The notes under the pieces were generated by a model. That model was not told the DNA's origin and made no database searches. It saw nothing but the letters and a program-made list of their open reading frames with translations. 20,000 nucleotides of DNA, taken from IMG/VR virus record IMGVR_UViG_3300032330_000565, one strand, 5' to 3'. Shown one piece after another: positions 1 to 8,754 of the stretch. Position numbers and translations under genes: made by a program. Position 1 is the stretch's first letter. Each line of letters begins with the position of its first letter. Source of the DNA: an uncultured virus (IMG/VR IMGVR_UViG_3300032330_000565). Lineage: Duplodnaviria; Heunggongvirae; Uroviricota; Caudoviricetes.

Positions 1-965
1 GCATACATATCAATTGTGCCTTCTTTGCCCAACTCAATAAAACTTTGACCATTGCTATGAATAATGAATAATGTCTGTCCATCGTCACTCATTAATATCT
101 GATGACCCAATGCGGTACGTAATCTAATTAATTGATCTTTGCCGGTAACATCTCCGTCGTCCATAACAATACTATGTCCGCCGCGTCTAGAAACTACAGC
201 AAGTGATTCACTGTCTTTTTTACTGACACCATCAGTTAAAACATTATCATCAGTAAATCCACCTTGATAGATTGGTCTGCCTGGAGTACTGACTCCCCAG
301 CCAACTCTTGAAGGAGATTCACGTAAAGCACTTGATGATATTGGACCTCTAATTGGATCTCTTATTAGTCCTTGCTGTGTATAGATTGATGACGAATAGC
401 TGTGTATAGGTTTAGCAGCATTGAGATACGAAGTATCGTTTGTTATACTAGGGTTATTGGTGTTTATATTAGTTACTGGAAGTTTAGTTGCTCCGCCTAA
501 TCCTTCTGCTTCTCCTGAATTTGCCACAATATTTTCAGATGAACCTATTGCAGGAATCATTTGTAACAATTCAGGTTGCAATACACTACCAATATAATAC
601 CCGTAACTTGGGTCACCGTTAATGAATATACAAACGACAGTACTTCCTATATCAGGTGGGCTATACCACATGCCATATGAACTTGGGTTTTGTGTGTATG
701 TGCCATAGTCATCAGATTTATTGGAGCCACTTGGTTGAGTAGCCCCAAAGAAAGGACTCATATAACTGACAGTTACCCAGCTTGAACTATCATCAGAGTC
801 TGGAGCTCCAAAGTCAGCAAGATACACTTGTATCCTTCCACCTCGTGTAGAGTCAATATTATTTTTAACTATTGCTAGCGTAGGGGTATTACGTATTACA
901 CCGCCGCCGGCATCTGGCTTGCTTGCTGCAAGTTGTCCTTTTGGTTTAAAAATGTCTTGTGCCAT
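1..965 (-). CDS. Baseplate hub/central spike protein, gp5/VgrG-like OB-fold (3' end runs off the window)
   Basis: Not in the ORF track because it is truncated. Manual translation from ATG 965 gives MAQDIFKPKG...AIVKNNIDSTRGGRIQVYL...SWVTVSYMSPFFG...YGMWYSPPDIGSTVVCIFINGDPSYGYYIG...RRGGHSIVMDDG...LIRLRTALGHQILMSDDG. This fits a gp5-type OB-fold (D-x3-GRIQV, P-x-IG-x-V-x3-F-x2-GD) followed by GH-containing beta-strand repeats. It sits in a baseplate gene block. Confidence 0.8.
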   Translation of the reverse strand, partial: MAQDIFKPKGQLAASKPDAGGGVIRNTPTLAIVKNNIDSTRGGRIQVYLADFGAPDSDDSSSWVTVSYMSPFFGATQPSGSNKSDDYGTYTQNPSSYGMWYSPPDIGSTVVCIFINGDPSYGYYIGSVLQPELLQMIPAIGSSENIVANSGEAEGLGGATKLPVTNINTNNPSITNDTSYLNAAKPIHSYSSSIYTQQGLIRDPIRGPISSSALRESPSRVGWGVSTPGRPIYQGGFTDDNVLTDGVSKKDSESLAVVSRRGGHSIVMDDGDVTGKDQLIRLRTALGHQILMSDDGQTLFIIHSNGQSFIELGKEGTIDMY

Positions 966-1002
966 AATTATTTACTTAAATTTTATCCTATTCTAAAGCC
1001 CG

Positions 1003-4000
1003 TTAAGGACCCACATCATCATCTTGCACTTGTCCAGTACTTGTAGGGACTGTTATAGTTTGATTTTGTTGCAGTCTTTGCATAGGATCTACTACGTTGT
1101 TTAAAGAATTTACCGATACAGGTAAATTTGCTTCTAGTGCTTGCGCTCTTTGTGCAGGGTCTTGTATACTATTGATTGAATTAACTGACGCTGTAGTGGC
1201 AGAACCATTAGCAGTCGGGGCTGAGCCTGACCCTGATCTATTAAGTCTCTCAGTTTCTGCATCTGTTTGATTTGCTTTTGCTTCTCTACCGGCAGCAGCA
1301 GCAACTTCAGCATCTGAGGGTGTGTCAGGAAACGTATTTATATTACAAGTCAATTCTTGCTCAAATTTACCTTTGCTAAATGTGCTAATAACTGTTCTAA
1401 CCATGTAGCTAACACCACCACCCCTGCTATCTATATCTTGTTGAACTGATTTTGGATATTGCCAAAATACTATTTTATCATTGATAGCCATCAAGCCATC
1501 TCTATTATTATAATCCATTGGTTCTTTGAAATTAATCTCAATAAAAACTTGTCCGCCGTTTGGATTAATAGTGTAGCCGTCTGTACCATAATATTGATCA
1601 TAGAATGAATTTATACTACTTGGTGCCGGTTGCATTAAGAAATCAGGATCTCCTAAAACTTTTATCTTTGCAGTAGTATATGCTCCAGGATCATATAAAC
1701 TAGTCATATATGCATTTTGTGCTTGTAAACCTAAATCTAATGCACCCTGATCTGGTTGTCCCTGTTCTGCCCCAACTTTCAGCGGAATGTTTGCGTTACC
1801 ACCGGATGATCCTGAAGTGGCACCGCCCCCTGATACTGCTGTGTTATAGTATGCATTATTCATCTCTTGTTCATAATGCAAGACTTCAGAATTTTTACCA
1901 GTGAACCAGTATTCATATCTTTTATGAGGGCCATAATATTTTTTACCAGGTTTAGCGTATGGAGCAGCTATTACTGGTGTTTCGTATGGTTGAATTACAA
2001 AGGTTGTTCTATATGCAAAATCTGATTGGCTTTTATCCCATCCCAAGTTTTGCACTTCTGCTGTCATAGTATACCATTTGATTCTTACTTCTTCAGGCTG
2101 AACATCTTCTACTGGTTTACCATCTTCATTTGTTTCAGCAGTTGAGACATATACCGTTTTTAACGCATTAACCAAATATTCGCTTTGTAAAATAATTTGA
2201 TTAACACATTGTAAGATAGAGCCACCTTTGGTAAAAGTAATTTGACGCACAGTGTTATCAGGTGCGCTTTCCTGTTCGGCTGCTACATTTGACTGAGAAC
2301 TATTACTAACGTTACTCATGGCCCAAACTCTTTTATCTAAAACATCTTTATTAACAATACTTGCATATTTGATTTCAGTTTCAGACTCTCCTAAAAATAC
2401 TACATCCCATTCACTTGCGATTTCAATTGCCTTGGTATCTAACAGCTTCTTTTGATCTCGGTTTAATTTTGCAAGTAATCCAAGTGTACCGGCTTGCGGA
2501 GGTTTAGAAGCCGCTTGTTCACCGGGTTTAACTCCGGCAGCTACTTGCCCGTCCATACCACCCATCAGTGCATCATATACAGTTGACCCTAAAACAGCGG
2601 CACCTTTATCTACAAATCCGCGTTTTGTTCCAAATGCTGTCCCGGACGCAATATTACTTGCTTTGATATTATATACTACTGCTTTACCATCTATTTTAAA
2701 TTTTAGTTCAGTGATGAAAATATCATAAAATCTTTCATATAGACCAAATGCATTTCCATTTGGATTACCATCAGCAGATGGTATTTTAGAAGGATCAATT
2801 ACTTCACCATTAGCATCATATCCCAAAAATCTAATACCTAACATAAAAAACTGTCTTGATGGATTTTTTAAATCTTGAAAATTTTTAGATTTAGATACTT
2901 TACCTAATTCCGTTGCAGCATTGCGTAATTTTGTAATAAAAGAAAATCCATATGGTTCTGTTATTGTAAAAGTTATATCGGTGACGTTTGTTGCACTAAG
3001 GGTGTCTTGTCCGCTAATAGCCTGTGTTATTTTTAAATCATCAATAAAAAAATCTAGGTCAAAGCCAGGGGCACGTTTAGAAGTATTGTTATTAATACCA
3101 CCGCTTTGTGCAATTAAGTAAGCACCATTTTTAAATTGTGTAGTAGAAGCATTTGCACTTGATGATGACGGTGGAGAAGTTGTTCTTCCCCGTTCACCAA
3201 CTGCTTGAACAAACCCTGAATTTACCGCAGCATCTCTAGTATTTGCATCTTCTGCTGCAACTGATTCGGGAGATGATACTCCAGGTGCTGCATTGTTAAT
3301 AGCGTTGATATCAAGCCTACCCGATTGAATAAATGCGTCATACGCATCAGGTGTAATCATATAAAGAGATATTTGATATGTATAGCTTGAAAAGTTACCC
3401 AATGGATTTTGCCAACGCTTATTTGGTTTTTTTACTTTATTTCTACCTGCTTTACCTGCTTGTGTAGTAGGATTTGCTATAACCGGAGCACCCCCGCCTG
3501 CAGGAGGATTTTCATTTAATAAATTTTGATCTTCTCCCGGAGCAGCTTCTATTTCCTTGTCACCGTCAGCACCGCCGGAGTTTATAAATTCTTTGTTTTG
3601 TTGGTCAGTTTGTTCTTGAGTTTTAGCAGCATTCGCTTCTATTTCAGCATTTTTACTTTTTACTTCTTGTTTAATCTCAGAGGTAACAGTAAAGTTCATT
3701 GCGTCAAAACTACCTTTAGCGGTTACAGCGGCATCACGGGCCGTTTGTGAAGCAGTAATATAACTAGTTACCGGCGCTTGTTCTTCGGGAGTCAAAGACG
3801 CATAAAGTGCATTCATCTCACTTACTAAACTAGGATAAGCACTAAGATAAGCCTGATATGCAGCAGTGTTCTCAGCTACAATAACGTCAACTTGTGCTTG
3901 TGCGGATGGTTCATAGATACTAACTTGATCTACATTGTTCTCTAACGTAGTTGCTTTATTAACATAAGTAGTCGCTAATGCCTGTATCTGCGTTGACAAC

Positions 4001-4044
4001 TCAATTATTCTATTTTGTTTTGCGCTGTTTAAGTTATCAGCCAT
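1003..4044 (-). CDS. Large baseplate hub/tail protein (possibly gp27/gp44-like) with low-complexity termini
   Basis: 1013-aa ORF between the gp53-like and gp5-like genes. Its C-terminal part contains AKIKVLGDPDFL and YMVRTVISTFSKGKFEQEL, which resemble hub-protein ends. The family is inferred from context and weak motifs. Confidence 0.55.
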   Translation of the reverse strand: MADNLNSAKQNRIIELSTQIQALATTYVNKATTLENNVDQVSIYEPSAQAQVDVIVAENTAAYQAYLSAYPSLVSEMNALYASLTPEEQAPVTSYITASQTARDAAVTAKGSFDAMNFTVTSEIKQEVKSKNAEIEANAAKTQEQTDQQNKEFINSGGADGDKEIEAAPGEDQNLLNENPPAGGGAPVIANPTTQAGKAGRNKVKKPNKRWQNPLGNFSSYTYQISLYMITPDAYDAFIQSGRLDINAINNAAPGVSSPESVAAEDANTRDAAVNSGFVQAVGERGRTTSPPSSSSANASTTQFKNGAYLIAQSGGINNNTSKRAPGFDLDFFIDDLKITQAISGQDTLSATNVTDITFTITEPYGFSFITKLRNAATELGKVSKSKNFQDLKNPSRQFFMLGIRFLGYDANGEVIDPSKIPSADGNPNGNAFGLYERFYDIFITELKFKIDGKAVVYNIKASNIASGTAFGTKRGFVDKGAAVLGSTVYDALMGGMDGQVAAGVKPGEQAASKPPQAGTLGLLAKLNRDQKKLLDTKAIEIASEWDVVFLGESETEIKYASIVNKDVLDKRVWAMSNVSNSSQSNVAAEQESAPDNTVRQITFTKGGSILQCVNQIILQSEYLVNALKTVYVSTAETNEDGKPVEDVQPEEVRIKWYTMTAEVQNLGWDKSQSDFAYRTTFVIQPYETPVIAAPYAKPGKKYYGPHKRYEYWFTGKNSEVLHYEQEMNNAYYNTAVSGGGATSGSSGGNANIPLKVGAEQGQPDQGALDLGLQAQNAYMTSLYDPGAYTTAKIKVLGDPDFLMQPAPSSINSFYDQYYGTDGYTINPNGGQVFIEINFKEPMDYNNRDGLMAINDKIVFWQYPKSVQQDIDSRGGGVSYMVRTVISTFSKGKFEQELTCNINTFPDTPSDAEVAAAAGREAKANQTDAETERLNRSGSGSAPTANGSATTASVNSINSIQDPAQRAQALEANLPVSVNSLNNVVDPMQRLQQNQTITVPTSTGQVQDDDVGP

Positions 4045-4045
4045 T

Positions 4046-4357
4046 TTATATTCCTAGAACTTGTTTTATCATGTCTAATTTAGGTAAATATATTCCTATT
4101 CCAGTAACAAAATCAAAGTATGGATCTTTTAATCTATTTGGATTACGTTGTGCAAACACCCACCACAATCTGCTATCAGAATACAAATCATATGCTAGTA
4201 AATCAGGCCTATATTCATATACCGCAGTTATTTCCCAATACAAATCTGATGGTTGCATTGGTATAGGTCTATTGACCATAATATCTAAAAAATTATTATT
4301 AACTGTTTCAGTATAATAATACGGGCTTGACGCCGGGTATACACTATTAGCTGCCAT
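4046..4357 (-). CDS. Baseplate wedge protein, T4 gp53-like (LysM-like)
   Basis: YEYRPDLLAYDLYSDSRLWWVFAQRN matches the gp53-type pattern RP-x2-LA-x2-LY-x4-W-x5-N. The start is placed at ATG 4357, which overlaps the upstream stop (TAATG), giving 103 aa. Confidence 0.8.
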   Translation of the reverse strand: MAANSVYPASSPYYYTETVNNNFLDIMVNRPIPMQPSDLYWEITAVYEYRPDLLAYDLYSDSRLWWVFAQRNPNRLKDPYFDFVTGIGIYLPKLDMIKQVLGI

Positions 4358-6501
4358 TACCAAATTCCTCCGCCTGCTCGTTTAGATCCTCTTAATAATG
4401 CACCTGTTGCATATTCTGTCAAACTAAACTTATTGCTTATATCATTTCTAGTTACTATTGGGATTGCTGTTATACTTAAACTAATTTTAGTAGGAACATA
4501 CGTGGGTTCTTTTGTTCCAGTATCTCTTTGCCAATCCGGAGGTGCTGAAACTGCCCCTGGATTAATTCCACTACTAGACAACCTAGCTGCACCTGCTTGT
4601 CCCGATCCGCCGGGTTTGGGTTGTGATGGATTATTTCCTCTATTTACTCCCGCCGGTGTAGCAGTACTGCCTGCTTTTATATAATCAACATCAGTGGGTA
4701 AAGCATAGGTGAAGCCTGTAATTGCTAACGGGTGTTCATCAAATTGAAATGCACCTAGTCCAGTTAAATAACACAAAGGAGGGGGAGTTCCGTTTTTAGG
4801 ATTCTGATCTTGTCCATAGAACATCTTAGTTAATGATCTAAAGAAATGTATAACTGCTAATAAGTATTCTGCCTCTGAGGTGTCTTGTGCAGTAAAATCA
4901 CATCCAATACTGATTGAATCAACTGCGCTACTTCTATAAGTAAAAAACTTATAATTACTATGAGTTAACTCAGTAGGATCATAACTTGCTGCATATTGAA
5001 CTGAAATTGCAGGAGTATACGGAAATATTACTCCATCTGTTGCTTGTAATGGAGCCAAAATACCCGGCGGGTCAGCATTATATAAATATTTTGCACCCGG
5101 CGATAATCTTAATTTTACACGCCAATCTGGTTTAGCTGCAAAATTTGCAGCATCTTGTTGAGTAGCTTGTGATTGTGTATTACGTTCATCCCCGGTTGCT
5201 CCGTTATAGCCAGATTCATCTGCACCATCTTGCGGGTTGTCTGATTCAATTTCGTCATCCGGGGGCGGGTCATTCTCATCTGGAATGTCTTCCGGAAACG
5301 GATTTTCTACGGCCTCATCTTTAGCCCGTTGTATCTCTGCATCTATTTCTTCATCACTAACTGTTGGAGCATCAAAGTTTTCAACATAATTATTTGCATC
5401 TACTTGTGCATCTATCCCATCAAATTCATCGGTTGGAGGCGGATCAAAGTTTTCAACATAATTGTTTTCATCAACTTGCTGATCACCCGGTGGATATGCA
5501 GATAGTTCATCTACTTCGGCTGATTGCTGTGCTACCGTATTTGGTGGGAACGCAGATTCTTCATCCGGAATCTCTTCCGGAAAGGGACTTTCAATTACCT
5601 CCTCATCTACCTGTGCGAATAATTGAGCAGTTTCTTCATCAGACAATACTGTTGTCTCACTATTTGGGAATGGATCCTCATCTACTGCGACTAATTGAGA
5701 GGCCGGGCTTTCATTTTCAATTGCCTCTTCATCTATCTGTGCAAATATTTTGGCTGCTTCTTCATCAGACAATACTGTTGTCTCACTATTTGGGAATGGA
5801 TCCTCTTCTACTGCAAATAATTGAGATGTTTCTGCATCAGATAATGTAGTTGATTCGGCTGCTGCAAACGGATCCTCTTCTGTTGCAAATAGCTGAGCCG
5901 CTTCTGCATCAGATAATGTAGATGTTGTAGAAGTTACATCTGCGGGCGCCGCAGCAGCAGCCGCCTGCGCTCGTTGCGCCGGATCTGATACATTATTAGT
6001 TGAGCCTGTACTTGGAACTACCACCGCTGCTTGTGCCCTTTGTGCCGGATCTTGTACATTGTTTGTTGAAGATGCCGGTGTAGCAGTATTTGAATTATTC
6101 ACAAGAGTCTGTGATAAGTTTGTCCCACCAAATACGTTATTAAAAACTGACAATCCCGCACCAGCTAGTGCTGCTAAACCCAAAATATTTTGTACTGATA
6201 CAACAGACGAAACTCCATTGTTTGTTGCAGGCGGGGATGCGGCTGCTGCTGCATTCAATACAGGAGTAGTAACTGATCCTTGGACAAACTTGCCCCCGGG
6301 TGCTGCTTGAGAAACATTTGTGGTTGACCCTACGGCAAACGTATTAGGCGGAGCATTTCCTGTAGCTTGCTTGATTGCAGCCTGTGCAGCAGCCAATGTT
6401 GCTGCTGAATTAGCTGTAATATTAATTGTTGAGGTTGTGGCTGTAGTCCCGGTACCGGTTACATTTGCTGTAGAGGGTGATGCGTTTGGGGTGGTTGCCA
6501 T
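4357..6501 (-). CDS. Baseplate tail-tube initiator/cap-like protein (gp48/gp54-type C-terminal domain) with a long Ala/Thr-rich and acidic repetitive N-terminal region
   Basis: The C-terminal ~255 aa (GVIFPYTPAISVQYAASY...ISIGCDFTAQ...IHFFRSLTKMFYG...PPPLCYLTGLG...LAITGFTYALP) look like a tube-fold protein. The gene is adjacent to the gp53-like gene. Residues 1-455 are low complexity. Confidence 0.6.
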   Translation of the reverse strand: MATTPNASPSTANVTGTGTTATTSTINITANSAATLAAAQAAIKQATGNAPPNTFAVGSTTNVSQAAPGGKFVQGSVTTPVLNAAAAASPPATNNGVSSVVSVQNILGLAALAGAGLSVFNNVFGGTNLSQTLVNNSNTATPASSTNNVQDPAQRAQAAVVVPSTGSTNNVSDPAQRAQAAAAAAPADVTSTTSTLSDAEAAQLFATEEDPFAAAESTTLSDAETSQLFAVEEDPFPNSETTVLSDEEAAKIFAQIDEEAIENESPASQLVAVDEDPFPNSETTVLSDEETAQLFAQVDEEVIESPFPEEIPDEESAFPPNTVAQQSAEVDELSAYPPGDQQVDENNYVENFDPPPTDEFDGIDAQVDANNYVENFDAPTVSDEEIDAEIQRAKDEAVENPFPEDIPDENDPPPDDEIESDNPQDGADESGYNGATGDERNTQSQATQQDAANFAAKPDWRVKLRLSPGAKYLYNADPPGILAPLQATDGVIFPYTPAISVQYAASYDPTELTHSNYKFFTYRSSAVDSISIGCDFTAQDTSEAEYLLAVIHFFRSLTKMFYGQDQNPKNGTPPPLCYLTGLGAFQFDEHPLAITGFTYALPTDVDYIKAGSTATPAGVNRGNNPSQPKPGGSGQAGAARLSSSGINPGAVSAPPDWQRDTGTKEPTYVPTKISLSITAIPIVTRNDISNKFSLTEYATGALLRGSKRAGGGIW
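5280..6065 (-). repeat. Intragenic degenerate peptide repeats, including an exact 48-bp direct repeat (5632-5679 / 5758-5805)
   Basis: TTCTTCATCAGACAATACTGTTGTCTCACTATTTGGGAATGGATCCTC occurs twice, 126 bp apart. Peptide units: LSD(A/E)E-x3-(L/I)FA x4, EDPF x3, QVD(E/A)NNYVENFD x2, PFPE(E/D)IPDE x2, NNV(Q/S)DPAQRAQAA x2. Confidence 0.9.
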
Positions 6502-6521
6502 ATTATTCTTGTCCTTATCTT

Positions 6522-6537
6522 ATATTTAGCATAAATA
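6522..6537. promoter_or_regulatory. Back-to-back candidate late promoters: CTAAATA on - (6529-6523) and ATAAATA on + (6531-6537)
   Basis: Both resemble the T4 late promoter TATAAATA. They lie in the divergent gap between the baseplate block and the gp55-like gene. Confidence 0.55.
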
Positions 6538-6573
6538 TAATGCTCTGTTTTTACCTTTTCTGCACAAAATCTG

Positions 6574-6602
6574 TTGCATTTCTGCAACCATTATGCTATA
6601 AT
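6574..6602 (+). promoter_or_regulatory. Sigma70-type promoter for the gp55-like gene
   Basis: TTGCAT (6574-6579), a 17-bp spacer ending in TGC (extended -10), then TATAAT (6597-6602). An SD sequence AAGGAG at 6625-6630 precedes ATG 6635. Confidence 0.75.
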
Positions 6603-6634
6603 CACTCAAGCATAACTATAAATCAAGGAGACCT

Positions 6635-7546
6635 ATGTCATTACCCTCAAGAAAACCCGTCAATTATTTAAATAACAAAGATATCTTAAAAGAGATACAC
6701 GAAAGTAAAAACGCATACTGCTGCTTCACAAAACCAGAATATCATAGATACGACTTCATAGTGGATATGCCACAATCTTCAATAGAAGAAAGTCTAGAAC
6801 ATGCATTTAAACCCGAAACTATTCAACAAGCCAAAGAAACTAGAGCCGCTAGATTAAGTTTAGAGGCGGGAGCAAAAGATAGTATTTCCCCAGATTCTAT
6901 AGCCGTAACCGATCTAGTTTTCCGTGTAATGAATTGGGATCACGTCCCAGTCGCCCCAAAAGTCCCCCGCAAAACAGTTAAAAAGAAAACAGCAAAGGAT
7001 ATCTTTGAATTTGAAGAATCTGACCCAGATGAGATTTTCGCTGATTTAGAAGATGTAACTACCAAAGCAGAAGTAGATGACATGGTTCATGTCAAAGTAA
7101 ACTTCCCTCCATTCCAACATTACAAAATTGATAAAAATAATACATTCTATTGCGTAGGTAAAAGTCATTGGAAGGGCGATCTAGCAACTGGAGAATTCAG
7201 TAAAGATCATGGACAAGTCACAAACAAACTTGCCCGTATGTATATTATGATGTGCGAAAAATATGCCATGAAATACAATTGGCGTGGATATACATACAAC
7301 GATGAAATGCGTAACAGTGCCATTCTACAGCTTACTTATGTTGGACTACGATTCAATGAAGCTAAATCAGCCAACCCATTCGCTTATTACACCGCAGCAA
7401 TTACAAATAGTTTCTGCCGTGTATTGAATACTGAAAAGCGTAATCAAAATATCCGTGATGATATCTTAGAGATTAATGGACTTAACCCAAGCTGGACTCG
7501 TCAGGGTCTGGGTGCCGGTATGAGTTCAGTTGTTTACGAAGAATAA
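6635..7546 (+). CDS. gp55: Late-transcription sigma factor, T4 gp55-like
   Basis: The N-terminal NYLNNKDILKEI and C-terminal YNWRGYTYNDEM...FNEAKSANPFAYYTAAITNSFCRVLNTEK match gp55 hallmark motifs. It lies upstream of gp47/gp46, as in T4-like phages. Confidence 0.85.
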   Translation: MSLPSRKPVNYLNNKDILKEIHESKNAYCCFTKPEYHRYDFIVDMPQSSIEESLEHAFKPETIQQAKETRAARLSLEAGAKDSISPDSIAVTDLVFRVMNWDHVPVAPKVPRKTVKKKTAKDIFEFEESDPDEIFADLEDVTTKAEVDDMVHVKVNFPPFQHYKIDKNNTFYCVGKSHWKGDLATGEFSKDHGQVTNKLARMYIMMCEKYAMKYNWRGYTYNDEMRNSAILQLTYVGLRFNEAKSANPFAYYTAAITNSFCRVLNTEKRNQNIRDDILEINGLNPSWTRQGLGAGMSSVVYEE

Positions 7547-8703
7547 TGCCAATAATTAACCATACACATTATCCTTATATATATTCAACCAAAGAAACAA
7601 CTAAGGTTGAATATAAAACTGAGTCTGGTGGATACTGGTCTGTTAGAAATTGGCAAGATGGAAATATATATTGGTATTGTGCAGTATTCCACGGTGGCGG
7701 CCTTGATAATGTTGATTTTACTCAGCTTATCCCAAATGAAGTTATCATGGATCCTTCTATTTTTATAGTTTTATGTACAGAACATGAAGCATTTACTGAC
7801 ATTGTAGAACCTATCTATAGAAATTTAATACAAGGGTTAAATATAAATCCTAAAAGAATTATATTAATTAGTGAAAACTATGATATAGCTAATATAGTTA
7901 AACAAGTCGCCGAAACATGTAATTTAGACACCATCAACGTAGAATGGAGTATTGTCCATGAGAGACACACTAAAACAGAAAAGATGTTGTTAGATTTAGA
8001 AACAGCAAATATATTAGAAAAAAAATCTTACAAAAAAGCATTTTTAAATTTTAATCGCAGGTGGAGGATTCATCGTCCTTGCTTTGTTGGACTATTATAT
8101 AGTATGAACTTATTGGATAAGGGATTTGTTAGTTTAGGCAAATCGGATGATAATTTAAATTGGATTGAAACAATTGACACTATAATAAAATTAGTTGAAG
8201 AGGATCAAGAATTATTTTCCCTACTAACTGATAGTAAAACTGAATTGATTAATTTACCTGAACTATATTTAGATACAAATGATTTAATAACAAATCCAAT
8301 TCAACAACATTATGACGGAACTATTAAATTGTATGAGGATAGTTATTTTAGTATAGTAAGTGAAACATGGTTTTTTGAAAATGTAGGTAGAGCATTTACA
8401 GAAAAAACATTTAATTCCATGCTATATAAACACCCCTTCATTTTGTTGTCTAGCCCAAACAGTTTAGAATTAATTAGACAATTGGGATACAAAACTTTTC
8501 ATCCATATATTGATGAAAGTTACGATAGTGAAAAAAACAATACTAAACGATTGAAAATGATTTTGAATGAGGTAAAGAGATTAAGTAACCTAACTGAAGT
8601 GGAACTTTTTGAATTCATAGATAATATAAAAGATATAACCATTCATAATAAAAACCTCTTACTCAATAAACCAAAATTTTCATATACCCACAAGAGGTTG
8701 TGA
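7546..8703 (+). CDS. Hypothetical enzyme, possibly glycosyltransferase-like
   Basis: 385-aa AT-rich ORF coupled to gp55 by a TAATG overlap. Motifs FLNFNRRWRIHR, YFSIVSET, FTEKTF, HPFI and LGYKTF...DESYD are present. The E-x(~10)-TEK pattern recalls GT10-type nucleotide-sugar binding. The function is inferred. Confidence 0.45.
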   Translation: MPIINHTHYPYIYSTKETTKVEYKTESGGYWSVRNWQDGNIYWYCAVFHGGGLDNVDFTQLIPNEVIMDPSIFIVLCTEHEAFTDIVEPIYRNLIQGLNINPKRIILISENYDIANIVKQVAETCNLDTINVEWSIVHERHTKTEKMLLDLETANILEKKSYKKAFLNFNRRWRIHRPCFVGLLYSMNLLDKGFVSLGKSDDNLNWIETIDTIIKLVEEDQELFSLLTDSKTELINLPELYLDTNDLITNPIQQHYDGTIKLYEDSYFSIVSETWFFENVGRAFTEKTFNSMLYKHPFILLSSPNSLELIRQLGYKTFHPYIDESYDSEKNNTKRLKMILNEVKRLSNLTEVELFEFIDNIKDITIHNKNLLLNKPKFSYTHKRL

Positions 8704-8719
8704 TAGGTAACCTATATTG

Positions 8720-8748
8720 TTTACTTTCACCCAAACAATTGATACAAT
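8720..8748 (+). promoter_or_regulatory. Sigma70-type promoter for gp47, probably giving a leaderless mRNA
   Basis: TTTACT (8720-8725), a 17-bp spacer ending in TGA (extended -10), then TACAAT (8743-8748). ATG 8755 is 7 nt downstream and has no SD. Confidence 0.55.
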
Positions 8749-8754
8749 AGAAAA

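Noticed and set aside
5632..5930. CRISPR-like or DGR-like interpretation of the direct repeats
   Set aside because: The repeats are in frame within a CDS, spaced in multiples of 3 and degenerate at the peptide level. There is no cas or reverse transcriptase gene in the window and no adenine-specific mismatch pattern.
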